A stretch of DNA of 64,000 nt from an uncultured Planctomycetota bacterium (GCA_963719315.1 CAVRBU010000006.1:32001-96000), one strand, 5' to 3'. Shown: positions 20,180 to 30,236, numbered from the stretch's first letter. Notes: a model not told the origin generated them from the letters alone. A program made the numbers and translations.

Positions 20180-21426
20180 ATGCACCAATTACATGGTAGC
20201 CCGATCGAATGTCAAGAGGCGGAGCAGGAACTCGTGCTGCACCTTCTGTCGCGCGTCGGGCGAATGGCCAAGACTCTGCTGGGCATTGCAGTCTTTTTCG
20301 TCCCGTTCGTACTCGTGGTCGCTTATGCATCCAACGGTTGGCTGCCCGCGGTGCTTGGGATGGCGATGGTTCCCGCCATTCTCCTGTCCGTCGCGTACGT
20401 GAAAATGCGCGCGGCCTATTTGACGGACACGTGGGTCACGATCACGCCTGAGCGAGTGGTCGTGAAAGCCGTTCGGGGCGGGAACGAGACGGTGAAGGAA
20501 TCCGCGCTCAAGCCGCGGAGCCGCGCGTGGCAATGGTATTTGCGGCAGATTCCGGGCCGATCACACAATCCGCCGCCGCAAGGCATCGTCGTCGGCGATC
20601 AGACCTACGATCCGGAGGTGGGAGACGATCCAAATGACCGGAGCAAGCCGCGGTTCGGTGGGAACCTGACGCCGGGCGAAATGGATTGGGTAGAGTGGCG
20701 GGTGAATCTGTTTCTGGATCGCCATGGGCATGCGGCCGCGCCTGAGTCGAACGAAACAGAAAAACCATCCGCACCACAGGAGGGGCTGATCCGCATCGAG
20801 CAGGACCGCTTCGAAATGCGAATCCACTTCCCCAATACGGTGGTAACCGGTTCGTATACCGGAATTGGCGGCGTCTTGGTGGGGCTGGTCCTGCTGACGA
20901 TTTGCTGTGTGCCGCTCATTCTTATCTGGAATGACGCAGGGCGAATGAGCGCGGGGAAGTTGCTGCAAGTCGCGTACGCCGCAGTGTTCGGACTTCTCGG
21001 TTTGGCAGGCACGTCGAATGGACTGGCGCAACTGTTCGGAAGACGGCAGTTGACGATTTCGCCGCAAAGGGTGCGGTATCGCGCGAGCGTGCTTGGCATC
21101 GGTGTGTGGTGGACACTGCCCACCGCCGAGATTGTCAGTGTCTGGAATCCGTCGAAGTATGTCGCGACATACCGGCCCAATCAAGACATTGCTGCGCGCA
21201 GGGTCCGGTGATCCGCACCGCGCGGCGGCAGATCTTGTTGGGCGCGGTGCCGGAGGCCGTGCGCAACGGTGTAGACCCCCAATGGCTGGCCGATGTAATA
21301 TCGCGTCACATCGTCGCTGCCCGCGCCAGGCGGCCGTGCGAACAGCCGTCGCGTGAGGCAATATCGCAGAGGGAGCCCGGTTGCAGCTCGACCGCCGGAG
21401 CAGAAAAGGTGTCCGGAAATTCCTGA
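20180..21426 (+). CDS. Hypothetical membrane protein with two similar TM-plus-soluble units; probable frameshift near 21195
   Basis: ORF 20180-21211 plausibly continues in ORF 21106-21426 (GPVIRTARRQILLG); start uncertain. Confidence 0.5.
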
Positions 21427-21496
21427 CACCTTTTCCCACGATCCCATTTCCCCCGATCATCGATCACAGCACCTATTCGAAACGAGAGCGAACAAT

Positions 21497-22354
21497 ATGA
21501 ATGTTGAGCGAGCGGCAGCGGCAGATAGCACGGCAGTACGGGTCGCCTTGTGGCGTGCCATGCACGTTCAAGTCGACGCGCCGCCGCATGTACTCGCAGA
21601 CGCAATTGGCCTGCGGCTGGTGGCCCCGGATGACGGCTGGCGCAGCCGCCCGGACATGGACCCGCAGGCTACGAGCCTCTTCCGCGCCTCCATCGTGGCC
21701 CGTGCCCGCTTCATCGAGGATCTGGTTGTGGAACAGGCTGGCCGCGGCGTCAGCCAGTACGTTATCCTCGGCGCCGGCCTGGACACGTTCGCGCTGCGCA
21801 GGCCGGAGATCACCGCGAGCCTTAAGGTGTTCGAGGTCGACCAGCCCGGTCCTCAGGCCTGGAAGCGCCAGCGCCTGATCGAGCTCGGCTTCGGCATCCC
21901 CGAGTGGCTGCGGCTCGTGCCGGTCGATTTCGAGTCGGGCGGGTCCTGGTGGGATCGGCTCAAGACTGCCGGCTTCGACGCCGGCCAGCCGGCGGTCGTG
22001 TCCTCGACTGGCGTCAGCCTGTACCTCACGAAGGACGCGACCGCAGCCACTTTGCGCCAAATCGCGGTGCTCGCCCCAGGCTCCACGCTGGCCATGACGT
22101 ACATCCTGCCGCTTGAATTCGCCGAACCAGAGGAGCGTCCTGGATATGAGGCAGCGGAGAAAGGGGCACGAGCAAGCGGAACGCCTTTCATCAGTTTCTT
22201 TTCTCCGCTGGAGATACTGGCACTGGCCCGCGAGGCCGGGTTTAAAGAAGTCCGGCACGTGTCGGCAGTCACTCTTACCCAGCGCTACTTCGCCGGCAGG
22301 ACAGACAGCCTTCGGCCGGGAAGTTCGGAGGAGCTGCTGGTCGCAACGACCTAA
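21497..22354 (+). CDS. SAM-dependent methyltransferase (leucine carboxyl methyltransferase-like)
   Basis: RARFIED, QYVILGAGLDT, FEVDQP, VPVDF. Confidence 0.88.
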   Translation: MNVERAAAADSTAVRVALWRAMHVQVDAPPHVLADAIGLRLVAPDDGWRSRPDMDPQATSLFRASIVARARFIEDLVVEQAGRGVSQYVILGAGLDTFALRRPEITASLKVFEVDQPGPQAWKRQRLIELGFGIPEWLRLVPVDFESGGSWWDRLKTAGFDAGQPAVVSSTGVSLYLTKDATAATLRQIAVLAPGSTLAMTYILPLEFAEPEERPGYEAAEKGARASGTPFISFFSPLEILALAREAGFKEVRHVSAVTLTQRYFAGRTDSLRPGSSEELLVATT

Positions 22355-22417
22355 AATTGGGCGCGTCCACGTTCCTGTCTTCGGACAATCAGTCGCGGTA
22401 TCCGGCTCTGCTACAAT

Positions 22418-22543
22418 GCCGGCCGGGTCGCGTCGGCAGGTGGCCGCATCCAACGCGAGAAAACCTCGATCGGCCAGTACGTCTTCATCGCACTGGCGAT
22501 CGACACGGAAGGAAACATGTGCGGGCTGCATTCCAGTAAATAG
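22418..22543 (+). pseudogene. C-terminal remnant of a VOC/glyoxalase gene
   Basis: Manual translation AGGRIQREKTSIGQYVFIALAIDTEGNMCGLHSSK*; no N-terminus. Confidence 0.65.
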
Positions 22544-22677
22544 CGTTGCATTATCAGAAGTGGAAAAAAGGCAGTGACCGAATCTGACTGCCTGATTGCT
22601 AACGGTTAATCTTTCGAGAGCCTGTGTCTGGCCCGCGGACACTTTTGGATCGCGTGCCAGCGCGGTATCATAAGGGG

Positions 22678-23436
22678 ATGGCGAATTCATTGAGCGATAA
22701 GCCGCGATTGCCGAGCCTGCTGCAATGGACGGGGCCGGGGCGGGCGGTGGTGTTCGTGCTTTCTGCGACATCGATCTGGTGTCTGCTGGGCGAGATGTAC
22801 GGCCTGGTGAACATGCGGACGTTTTTCTTCAGCATCCTGTTGCCGGCAACGACGTTGTTGTACGGAATGGCGGCTCTGGATCGGGCCCGCGGCGACGGGC
22901 GGCTGTGGCGGGCCGTGATGATTGGCACGCTCGGCGGTTTGGTCGGCGCGGTGGCGTACGACATCTTTCGGCTGCCGTTCGTGTTTTCGGATGCCTGGGG
23001 CTTGGGTCGCTTCGGCATTCCGCAGATGCCGCTGTTCAAAGTCTTTCCGCGGTTCGGGGCGCTCTTGCTCGGCGAGCCGTTGGAGCAACCAACCTATTCG
23101 CTGGCGGCCAACCTGTTGGGTTGGGCCTATCACTTCTCGAACGGCGCTACGTTTGGCGTGATGTTCGCCTCGCTGTACGCCGGCGCTCGCGAGGCGTTTG
23201 GCCCAGCGGGCGGCAGCACTTGGAAGGCGATTCCGTGGGCGATGCTGATGGCCGTGGGAATCGAGTTGTGTTTGTTGGCTTCGCCTTACGCGGCGTTTTT
23301 CGGAATTCACCTGACTCCGCGATTCATCACGGTGACGCTGATCGCCCACATCATATTTGGATTGGGCCTCGGTGCTTACTTCGCCTGGCACGCGGGGCGG
23401 TGGCGGCTGCCGGCGGCGAACGCGCGTTTTGCATAA
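22678..23436 (+). CDS. Hypothetical multi-pass membrane protein
   Basis: About 6 hydrophobic segments; AYD..R, YHFSNG and H..FG motifs. Confidence 0.7.
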   Translation: MANSLSDKPRLPSLLQWTGPGRAVVFVLSATSIWCLLGEMYGLVNMRTFFFSILLPATTLLYGMAALDRARGDGRLWRAVMIGTLGGLVGAVAYDIFRLPFVFSDAWGLGRFGIPQMPLFKVFPRFGALLLGEPLEQPTYSLAANLLGWAYHFSNGATFGVMFASLYAGAREAFGPAGGSTWKAIPWAMLMAVGIELCLLASPYAAFFGIHLTPRFITVTLIAHIIFGLGLGAYFAWHAGRWRLPAANARFA

Positions 23437-23837
23437 TTTACGAAGCGATGCCATACACGGAATGTCGCTGCGCAGGATTCGGATGGATTGCGATGTTCGC
23501 CTCGACTGGGCGCTGATCGGCCTGGCGATCCAAACGCCCCGCCAGCGCGGGTGTTTCGTACGACCGATCGGCGCTGTTCGTGCCAGAAGTGCACGGATTC
23601 CCTACACCACGCGGTTTTGTACGAGGGGTGTCGGTCCATGCTGCACGTAACTTCTTTGGTGGCCAAAGGATGTGTTTTGGCAGTCCAAAGGGGTCCCATG
23701 AAACTCGTACAAAACTCGTACGTTTTGCTCGATCAGCCGAGCGCGCCGCCCTGGAAAACCCGCGATGGGGCGCGCACGGCGGAGAACAATATTCGGGAAG
23801 TTTATGTTCATTGATGCGCTAACCGAGCGTCTTTGAT

Positions 23838-23920
23838 GTAGGTCCCTTCTGCCGGAAGGGACCTCCGTGCGGGTGGAGCGCGCACGGCCGCTGAGGTCCC
23901 GCTCGGCAAGCGGGACCTAC
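23838..23920. repeat. GTAG-type REPIN (further copies at 46849-46934 and 57131-57215)
   Basis: GTAGGTCCCTTCTGCCGGAAGGGAC..GGTCCCGCTCGGCAAGCGGGACCTAC occurs three times. Confidence 0.85.
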
Positions 23921-23999
23921 CAGTTACTCCTGGTTGCCAAAGAACGAGCGCCGGGATTTTCTGCGCGGAGATCGAATGTAGCAGATTGGGCGTGGATTT

Positions 24000-24265
24000 C
24001 TAGATTCGATTTTTGGCCGGCGCTCGGCGGCGACAGGGAATCAGGAGCGTCATAGTGACGGCAAGCAGCAATAGGGATGTGGGCTCAGGAACCGCACTGC
24101 TGGGCAAGCCAGCAGTGGCACCGGAACCGGAGGTAAAAGAAGTGCGGCCGAAGTTGGCGCGCCAGGTGGTGTAGTCGTCGGGCGTGTAGGTGCCGCCGGG
24201 ATTCTTGCGCCAGACGACGTAGTCGGCGGCGACGGCGTCGTCGTGGTTGAAATCGCCGGGTAGGT
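24000..24265 (-). pseudogene. Orphan dockerin-like + PEP-CTERM tail, copy 1
   Basis: LPGDFNHDDAVAADYVVWRK..RANFG..VPEPTSLLLL..RRR with no upstream domain. Confidence 0.75.
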
Positions 24266-24371
24266 CGGGGGATGATTGCGATGCGGGAACCCAACTCTCC
24301 GGAACTCGATGACGATGACTTTGTCGGCGCGGTGTGGTAAACTTGTTTGAGAGGTGAAAGCGAGGCAATCG

Positions 24372-24614
24372 ATGGCCGAAATCAATCAGTGGCAGCGTCG
24401 GATCAAAGTCGATCCCACCGTCCATCACGGCGATGCGTGCGTAGCGGGCACGCGCGTTCCAGTGAGCGTTATCGTCGGCAGCGTCGCGGAAGGCGACACC
24501 TGGGATCAAATCCTTGCCAGCTACCCGCAACTCAAGCGCGAGGATATTCAAGCGGCTCTTTTGTACGCGGCTGAAGCCGTCAATCGCTTTGAAATGATCC
24601 CGCTCGGCGATTGA
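24372..24614 (+). CDS. DUF433 antitoxin
   Basis: GDACVAGTRVPV..ILASYPQL..EDIQAALLYA. Confidence 0.9.
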   Translation: MAEINQWQRRIKVDPTVHHGDACVAGTRVPVSVIVGSVAEGDTWDQILASYPQLKREDIQAALLYAAEAVNRFEMIPLGD

Positions 24615-24621
24615 ACTGCCC

Positions 24622-24984
24622 ATGGCTGTCGCGGTCAAAGTGGATGAGGATCTTCCGGGCGACATTGCCAGCCTGTGTAGCGCGGCAGGCTATGATGCCA
24701 CGACCGTTTATCTGCAAGGACACCATGGTTTGCCAGACAAACAGTTATGGCCCAAAGTTCAGCAGGAACAGCGAATGCTCTTCACCGCGGACAAAGGCTT
24801 CGCCAACGCACGCGACTATCCGCCTGGTTCTCACGCTGGTGTCGTTCTGTTCCGGTTGCCTCGCGAATCACGCGTCGGCTATATCCGACTTGCTGAATTC
24901 CTGCTTGCGCAGGTAAAGCTCGACAACGTCGCGGGCGCGATCGTCGTGGTCTCACCGGATGCGATCAGAGTGCTGCGCGCGTAG
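24622..24984 (+). CDS. DUF5615 PIN-like toxin
   Basis: KVDEDL, GYDA, TADKGF, HAGVVL; paired with DUF433. Confidence 0.85.
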   Translation: MAVAVKVDEDLPGDIASLCSAAGYDATTVYLQGHHGLPDKQLWPKVQQEQRMLFTADKGFANARDYPPGSHAGVVLFRLPRESRVGYIRLAEFLLAQVKLDNVAGAIVVVSPDAIRVLRA

Positions 24985-25002
24985 TACGACGAACAATCGA
25001 TT

Positions 25003-25262
25003 TCAACAACGATTTTTGGCCGGCGCTCGGCGGCGACAGGGAATCAGGAGCGTCATAGTGACGGCAAGCAGCAATAGGGATGTGGGCTCAGGAACCGCAC
25101 TGCTGGGCAAGCCAGCAGTGGCACCGGAACCGGAGGTAAAAGAAGTGCGGCCGAAGTGGGCCCGCCAGGCGTCGTAGCACTGCTGCGTGCCGTCGGTCCA
25201 GCGCCAGGCGACGTAGTCGGCGGCGTCGGCGGTGTCGTCGTGGATGAAATCGCCTGGCAGGG
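25003..25262 (-). pseudogene. Orphan dockerin-like + PEP-CTERM tail, copy 2
   Basis: LPGDFIHDDTADAADYVAWR..VPEPTS; 25010-25157 is identical to 24007-24154. Confidence 0.75.
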
Positions 25263-25299
25263 GCGCGGGATGACCCAGTCTGCCCACAAATTGCGGCCG

Positions 25300-25540
25300 C
25301 TAGTCGATGTCTTCCAGCCGAACGCCTTTCCCGGCGCAAGCTTTCGCGCGCTTGGGCGATGCGTTTCAGAAAGCGGGGGTCGTTTTCGAGACGATAATCG
25401 AACCAATCGTCTTCGTTCGCAAATCCCACCAAGACGCCGGCCGGCTTTCCGTGGCGCGTGATGACGATTTCCTCGCGCGCTGCCAGGCGGAGGTAACTGG
25501 AAAGTTCATCTTTCACATCGGTCAAACTCACCGTCTTCAT
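25300..25540 (-). CDS. Phd/YefM antitoxin; apparent 2-nt deletion near 25335
   Basis: MKTVSLTDVKDELSSYL..IVITRHGKPAGVL; restoring CG gives an ending SLRAGKGVRLEDID*. Confidence 0.85.
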
Positions 25541-25827
25541 CGTTCACCATGCCTCTCGAGCCAGTCGTTCGCCGCCTGTTTTTCAACGATCGCTAGAATC
25601 TCCACGGTATCTTCCGAGATGTCGTAGAACACTCGCAGTTCGTTGACACGAAGGCGATACTGCGGCCTCTTCAGGCCTCTCAGCCGCTTGATTCGGCTTT
25701 TGGAAACCTTGGTTGGTTCGTGCCGCAGGCGCTTCTCAATGCCATGTTTGACGTCAGCGCGTACGTTCGCCTTCAGCTTCTTCAGGTCATCAATCGCCTC
25801 GGGGGCTAAATCAATATTTTATCGCAT
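25537..25827 (-). pseudogene. RelE/ParE toxin with a nonsense codon at position 3 (absent from the ORF track)
   Basis: MR*NIDLAPEAIDDLKKL..SRIKRLRGLKRPQYRLRVNELRVFYDI..; ATGA overlap with the antitoxin. Confidence 0.85.
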
Positions 25828-26821
25828 TCTGGCCAGAGTCTAGCCAGAATGATTGAGCGGTACAAGAGTCGCCGTAGCGCGGCCTGTGCCGGGAAATAAT
25901 CACTCCGCCAAGACCGATTGCGACGAGCATGCACGCCGCCGGTTCGGGCACGGCAGGGGATAGCGATTGGGCAGCGGGCAGCGAGGAACCGCTGCCGGCG
26001 GTTTGGCCGAAGTGGGATCGCCAGACGTTGTAATCTGACTGGGTATAGGTCGTTCCCAAGCCATTGCGCCAGACGACGTAGTCGGCGGCGTCGACGGTCC
26101 CGTCGGCGTTGTAGTCGCCGAGTAGGACAAGGATGGGCACTTCGATATCCACGAAGTCGTCGTTCGACACCAGCGAACCGGAACTTTCGGGCCGGGAATC
26201 GCGTATCGAGGTTCTATGAGACGTGATCGTTTGCGGCACGACGAGGGGAAAACCGTAGGGGTGAACGAAATCATACTCTGCGGGGAACCAGAAGACTCCT
26301 GGATATTGGGGAACTGCAATACTACCCTCGCCTCGGGCAAAGAATGAGATGCCCGCAGCGTCGTCAAGGGGCAGTAGCCCGATTTCCCAAAACCCGCTTC
26401 CGGGCCAGAGACCACCGTAGCTGTAGGTATTCCGCAACTCGAGGAAGAGGTCGTCGCCCAGGCTGCTCCTGGTCAACTGCTGGCTGATCACGTCATTGAG
26501 GACGTCGGCATCGGGACCGACGAACCCGAAGTCAAACGACGCCGCGTGTACGCGGGTGATAAAGTGCTCGATATCCATGAAAGAATCCTCGATATATTCA
26601 TTTGACTGCGTGAAGCCGTACAGCGTGAGCGACCACGTGTTTTCGTTATCGTGAGCGAAGACTTCGGTGAGATCGGCGCCGACCGTTCCCGTCAATTGGT
26701 CCATGTGGAATGTCCCGCCGATGCTGAGTGTGTCGGCCTCCAGGACGGATGCTGCGCTTGGGGCCAGCGCGATCGCCAGCAACGAGACGGCGAGCCAGCG
26801 GTAATGTCTCAAACATGTCAT
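25811..26821 (-). CDS. Secreted PEP-CTERM protein with dockerin-like motif
   Basis: Signal peptide; GDYNADGTVDAADYVVWR; VPEPAA followed by TM and basic tail. Confidence 0.85.
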   Translation of the reverse strand: MTCLRHYRWLAVSLLAIALAPSAASVLEADTLSIGGTFHMDQLTGTVGADLTEVFAHDNENTWSLTLYGFTQSNEYIEDSFMDIEHFITRVHAASFDFGFVGPDADVLNDVISQQLTRSSLGDDLFLELRNTYSYGGLWPGSGFWEIGLLPLDDAAGISFFARGEGSIAVPQYPGVFWFPAEYDFVHPYGFPLVVPQTITSHRTSIRDSRPESSGSLVSNDDFVDIEVPILVLLGDYNADGTVDAADYVVWRNGLGTTYTQSDYNVWRSHFGQTAGSGSSLPAAQSLSPAVPEPAACMLVAIGLGGVIISRHRPRYGDSCTAQSFWLDSGQNAIKY

Positions 26822-27002
26822 CGGATGGTTCCTTTTCAATCGGCCTGCGTTAAAATGGAGCGACATCATTTCCGGCGCGCAAACCGAGCGCCGAGGTGAT
26901 GCCGGGCCGGTGAGGGACTTGCTTGGCGGTAAGCCTCACCGGCCGCTTTCTTTATCCGTATTTCGTTGTTACTGGTCCGCCCCGTGTTACAAGAGTACAG
27001 AT

Positions 27003-30000
27003 TTACTGCTTCGGCGAAGCCGGCTTGATGTCGTCCAGCGGGGCAACCGTAAATGTCCGCTCCTCGCTCCAGTCGCTCCAGGTGCCGTTGACCAGGGCCC
27101 GCACCTTCCATTGGTTGACATAATTCACGCCGGTATCACGCCATACGGACTCAAATCGGAAGGAAGATGAGGTCAGCGTCGGGTCGTCAATGACCCACGA
27201 CTCCTCCGTCCAACTCGTCACGAACAGGTGGTACTGTGTTGCTTCTGGCACATCGGACCAGTCGAATTTCCAGACCGTCAATTGGCTGCCGTCAAGACTC
27301 CCGTTTTCGACAGCGGCCACGGTCGCATTTTTGACGAGCTCAGGGCCGGGGATCGTCACAGGCGGCTCATCCAACGGCGGGGGAACTTCCAAGCCAAGTA
27401 GTCCCGCAGCCTCGGCACAGACGCTGCGCAGCTCTTCGTCCGTTAATAGGATCCCCATCCTCCACTGGGCGGCCTCGTCAAAAAACGTGCGTGCCTTTTC
27501 TATTTCGTTCAATCGCGCGTGGGCCATGCTCAGATAGAACAAGATGACGCTATCCTTCGCGTAGCTTTGCCGCGACTGTTCCAGTGTGTTGATAGCCGCC
27601 TGCCAGTTCCCCGCCCGGTACTGGGCCACGCCGAGGGTTCTTAGCGAGTGGGGCCAATTTGGGAGCAGCGTGCCGGCTTCTTGCGCGAGCTCAACCGCCC
27701 GTCCGGAATTGCGGGACTTCGGATCACCACTGGCAATCAATTGCCAGGCCCGGTCTTTCAACAAGAAGGCAAGACTAACCTCATACGATCTTGTCTTTGC
27801 TTTCACACCAGGCGCGACCGCCGCTGTTTCTTTTGCGATTCTGATCAACTGGCGGAGCACAGCAATCGCTTCGTCTAGCTTGCCCTGTTTGCGGAGGGCA
27901 TTGCTGAAGTCGGTGTAAGCGAGGTAGTAATTCGGGTCGATTACGATGGCCTGGCGATAGTAGGCGATGGCCTCGTCGCGTCTTCGATTCGTTTCCAAAA
28001 CACGCCCCACGTAAACGTGGAAGGGTGGGCTTGGTTGGGCTGCCAAGGCTGCCTCCGCGAAGCGCAGGACCTCATCCCGATTCGCAGACGGCAATTTGCT
28101 AAGATAGTAGGCCAGATCGACACTTATCAGGGCATCGCCGGGATGAAGTCGATGCGCTTTCCGCAGCCAGGCGACGCAGGCTGGGACGTCTCCGCCGATA
28201 AATAGAGCATTGCCCATGAGCTGCAAACTTTGAGCCGACAGCGCTGGCATATCCGCCGAATCGGCATGTTCTCGCAGAGCATTCAAATCCTCTTGGGTAA
28301 TCAGTAGGCGTAGCTGGCTCCGCCACGGGTCGGGATCGGCGCGCCGTGCGGCTTCCAGGAGCCGCTTCCATTCCGCCGGATCACGGGTGCGGTCGTGCAG
28401 GCCCCAGTCCCTGAGAACTTGGGCCCAATCGTCTAGCGCCGCCGCCACGCGGACAGTAGTGGCCGGCCGGCACGCAATTCGCGTGGCGATTTCCGGCGGG
28501 GTCAGGCTCTGCACATCGATGCCAATGTCCGCAAAGAGACTAGCATAGGCCGCGGTTTGACTTTCTTTTTCATACTCGATGCACCACCGCTGGGCGCGGA
28601 ATTCCTCCAGTCGCAGGATCATGTCCAAATCGCTGCGCAATTGATTTACGTGATCACGGACTTCATCGCTGCCGCCGCCGGCCAACAACCCCTCCGCCCG
28701 CTTAGCTGCCGACAGCGCCTCTGGCCACTTGCCTTGCTCCTGCCAACGCGCCGCTTCTTTCAAGGCCAGGTCCACTTCTCTGTCAATAGCGGCCTGACGT
28801 GTTGCCCGGTCGCGGGCGATCTCCTGCTCCCGCGCGCCGCGATCGCGCACCATCCAGCCAATGCTGCCCACCGACAGCAATGCCGCGAGAGCGACCACGG
28901 TCACCATTGTCAGCGCCGCCATATTCCGCCGGGCGAACTTGCCGAAGCGGTAGCCGGCCGATGGTGGACAGGCCTGCACCGGCTCATCGGTCAGATACCG
29001 CTTGACGTCGTCGGCAAGACTGCTGGCCGACTCGTAGCGCCGGTTACGGTCTTTGTCCAGCGCCTTCATCACGATCCAGTCGAGCTCGCCATGCACGTCT
29101 TTGGTCAAGCGAGCCGGCTCGGTGTGGCGATTGGCGGCGATCGACGGGAGCGTGTCACTCGTAGTCAGCCGCGTACTAGGCTTGGGCGGCTCCTCCTCGC
29201 GGATGATCCGCAGCATTTCGTCGAACGCGGCCTCATTCAGCCGCTTCCGTGCGAAGGGCGTCGAGCCGGTTAAGAGCTCATAGAGCAACACACCGAGAGA
29301 ATAAATGTCGCTGCGGGTGTCAACGTCGAGCTGGTTGAAGCGGGCCTGCTCGGGGCTCATGTACTCCACCGTCCCGATCATCTGGCCCAACTCGGTAAAC
29401 ATCGTCTTCTCGGTCAGCTTCTGCGCCGTCGCCTTGGCCACGCCGAAGTCGATCACCTTGGGGACCGGTTTTCCGTCGTACTCGGCGACCAAGACGTTGG
29501 TCGGCTTGATGTCGCGGTGGATGATGCCTTTCTGGTGGGCGTGCTGGACGGCCTGGCAAACGGTGGCCATCAGCTCCAGCCGCTGTCGGACCGTGAGATG
29601 CTGCGCGTCGCTGTAGTCGGTAATCGGCACGCCTTTTACCAGGTCCATGACGAAGTAGGGGCGGCCAGCGAAAAAGTCGCCCGTCGTTCCTGCGTCGATC
29701 ACGCGGGCGATGTTCGGGTGGTCCATCATCGCGAGAGCTTGCCGCTCGGCCTCGAAGCGGGCGATCACTTGCCGGGTGTCCATGCCGGGCTTAATGATTT
29801 TGAGCGCGACGGTCCGCTGGATCGGCTCGGTCTGCTCGGCCATGAAGACGACGCCCATGCCACCTTCGCCGATTTGTTGCAGCAGCTTGTACGGGCCGAT
29901 GACGGTGCCCGGGCCTTCGGCCAAGGTGTCGGGTATCGGGTGTCGGGTGTCAGTTTCGGAGCCGATGGCGGGCTGGCCCATGAAACTTCCCGCGTTTTCG

Positions 30001-30143
30001 GCCGCGGCTAGCAACGCCTCCACCTCGCTGCGTAAGGCGGAGTTCTGCCCGCAGGCGTGATCCAGAAACGCCGCCCGTTCCGGCGGAGAAGCGATCTCCG
30101 CCGCCTGGCCAAAAATCGATTTTACGTCCCCGCCGGTTTTCAT
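27003..30143 (-). CDS. Ser/Thr protein kinase with TPR repeats and an FN3-like C-terminus
   Basis: IGEGGMG, VALK, HRDIKPTN, DFG, YMSPEQ. Confidence 0.95.
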   Translation of the reverse strand: MKTGGDVKSIFGQAAEIASPPERAAFLDHACGQNSALRSEVEALLAAAENAGSFMGQPAIGSETDTRHPIPDTLAEGPGTVIGPYKLLQQIGEGGMGVVFMAEQTEPIQRTVALKIIKPGMDTRQVIARFEAERQALAMMDHPNIARVIDAGTTGDFFAGRPYFVMDLVKGVPITDYSDAQHLTVRQRLELMATVCQAVQHAHQKGIIHRDIKPTNVLVAEYDGKPVPKVIDFGVAKATAQKLTEKTMFTELGQMIGTVEYMSPEQARFNQLDVDTRSDIYSLGVLLYELLTGSTPFARKRLNEAAFDEMLRIIREEEPPKPSTRLTTSDTLPSIAANRHTEPARLTKDVHGELDWIVMKALDKDRNRRYESASSLADDVKRYLTDEPVQACPPSAGYRFGKFARRNMAALTMVTVVALAALLSVGSIGWMVRDRGAREQEIARDRATRQAAIDREVDLALKEAARWQEQGKWPEALSAAKRAEGLLAGGGSDEVRDHVNQLRSDLDMILRLEEFRAQRWCIEYEKESQTAAYASLFADIGIDVQSLTPPEIATRIACRPATTVRVAAALDDWAQVLRDWGLHDRTRDPAEWKRLLEAARRADPDPWRSQLRLLITQEDLNALREHADSADMPALSAQSLQLMGNALFIGGDVPACVAWLRKAHRLHPGDALISVDLAYYLSKLPSANRDEVLRFAEAALAAQPSPPFHVYVGRVLETNRRRDEAIAYYRQAIVIDPNYYLAYTDFSNALRKQGKLDEAIAVLRQLIRIAKETAAVAPGVKAKTRSYEVSLAFLLKDRAWQLIASGDPKSRNSGRAVELAQEAGTLLPNWPHSLRTLGVAQYRAGNWQAAINTLEQSRQSYAKDSVILFYLSMAHARLNEIEKARTFFDEAAQWRMGILLTDEELRSVCAEAAGLLGLEVPPPLDEPPVTIPGPELVKNATVAAVENGSLDGSQLTVWKFDWSDVPEATQYHLFVTSWTEESWVIDDPTLTSSSFRFESVWRDTGVNYVNQWKVRALVNGTWSDWSEERTFTVAPLDDIKPASPKQ

Positions 30144-30236
30144 GGCAGATTAGCTCCCACATGCCTCTATCTGTCCATGCAACGTCCCGAACCAACGACT
30201 GCCAAGATATCCGGAAATAATTTCGACGGCAGCGTT

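Noticed and set aside
24007..25157. Diversity-generating retroelement TR/VR pair
   Set aside because: The 148-bp copies are identical with no adenine-specific differences, and there is no reverse transcriptase in the window.
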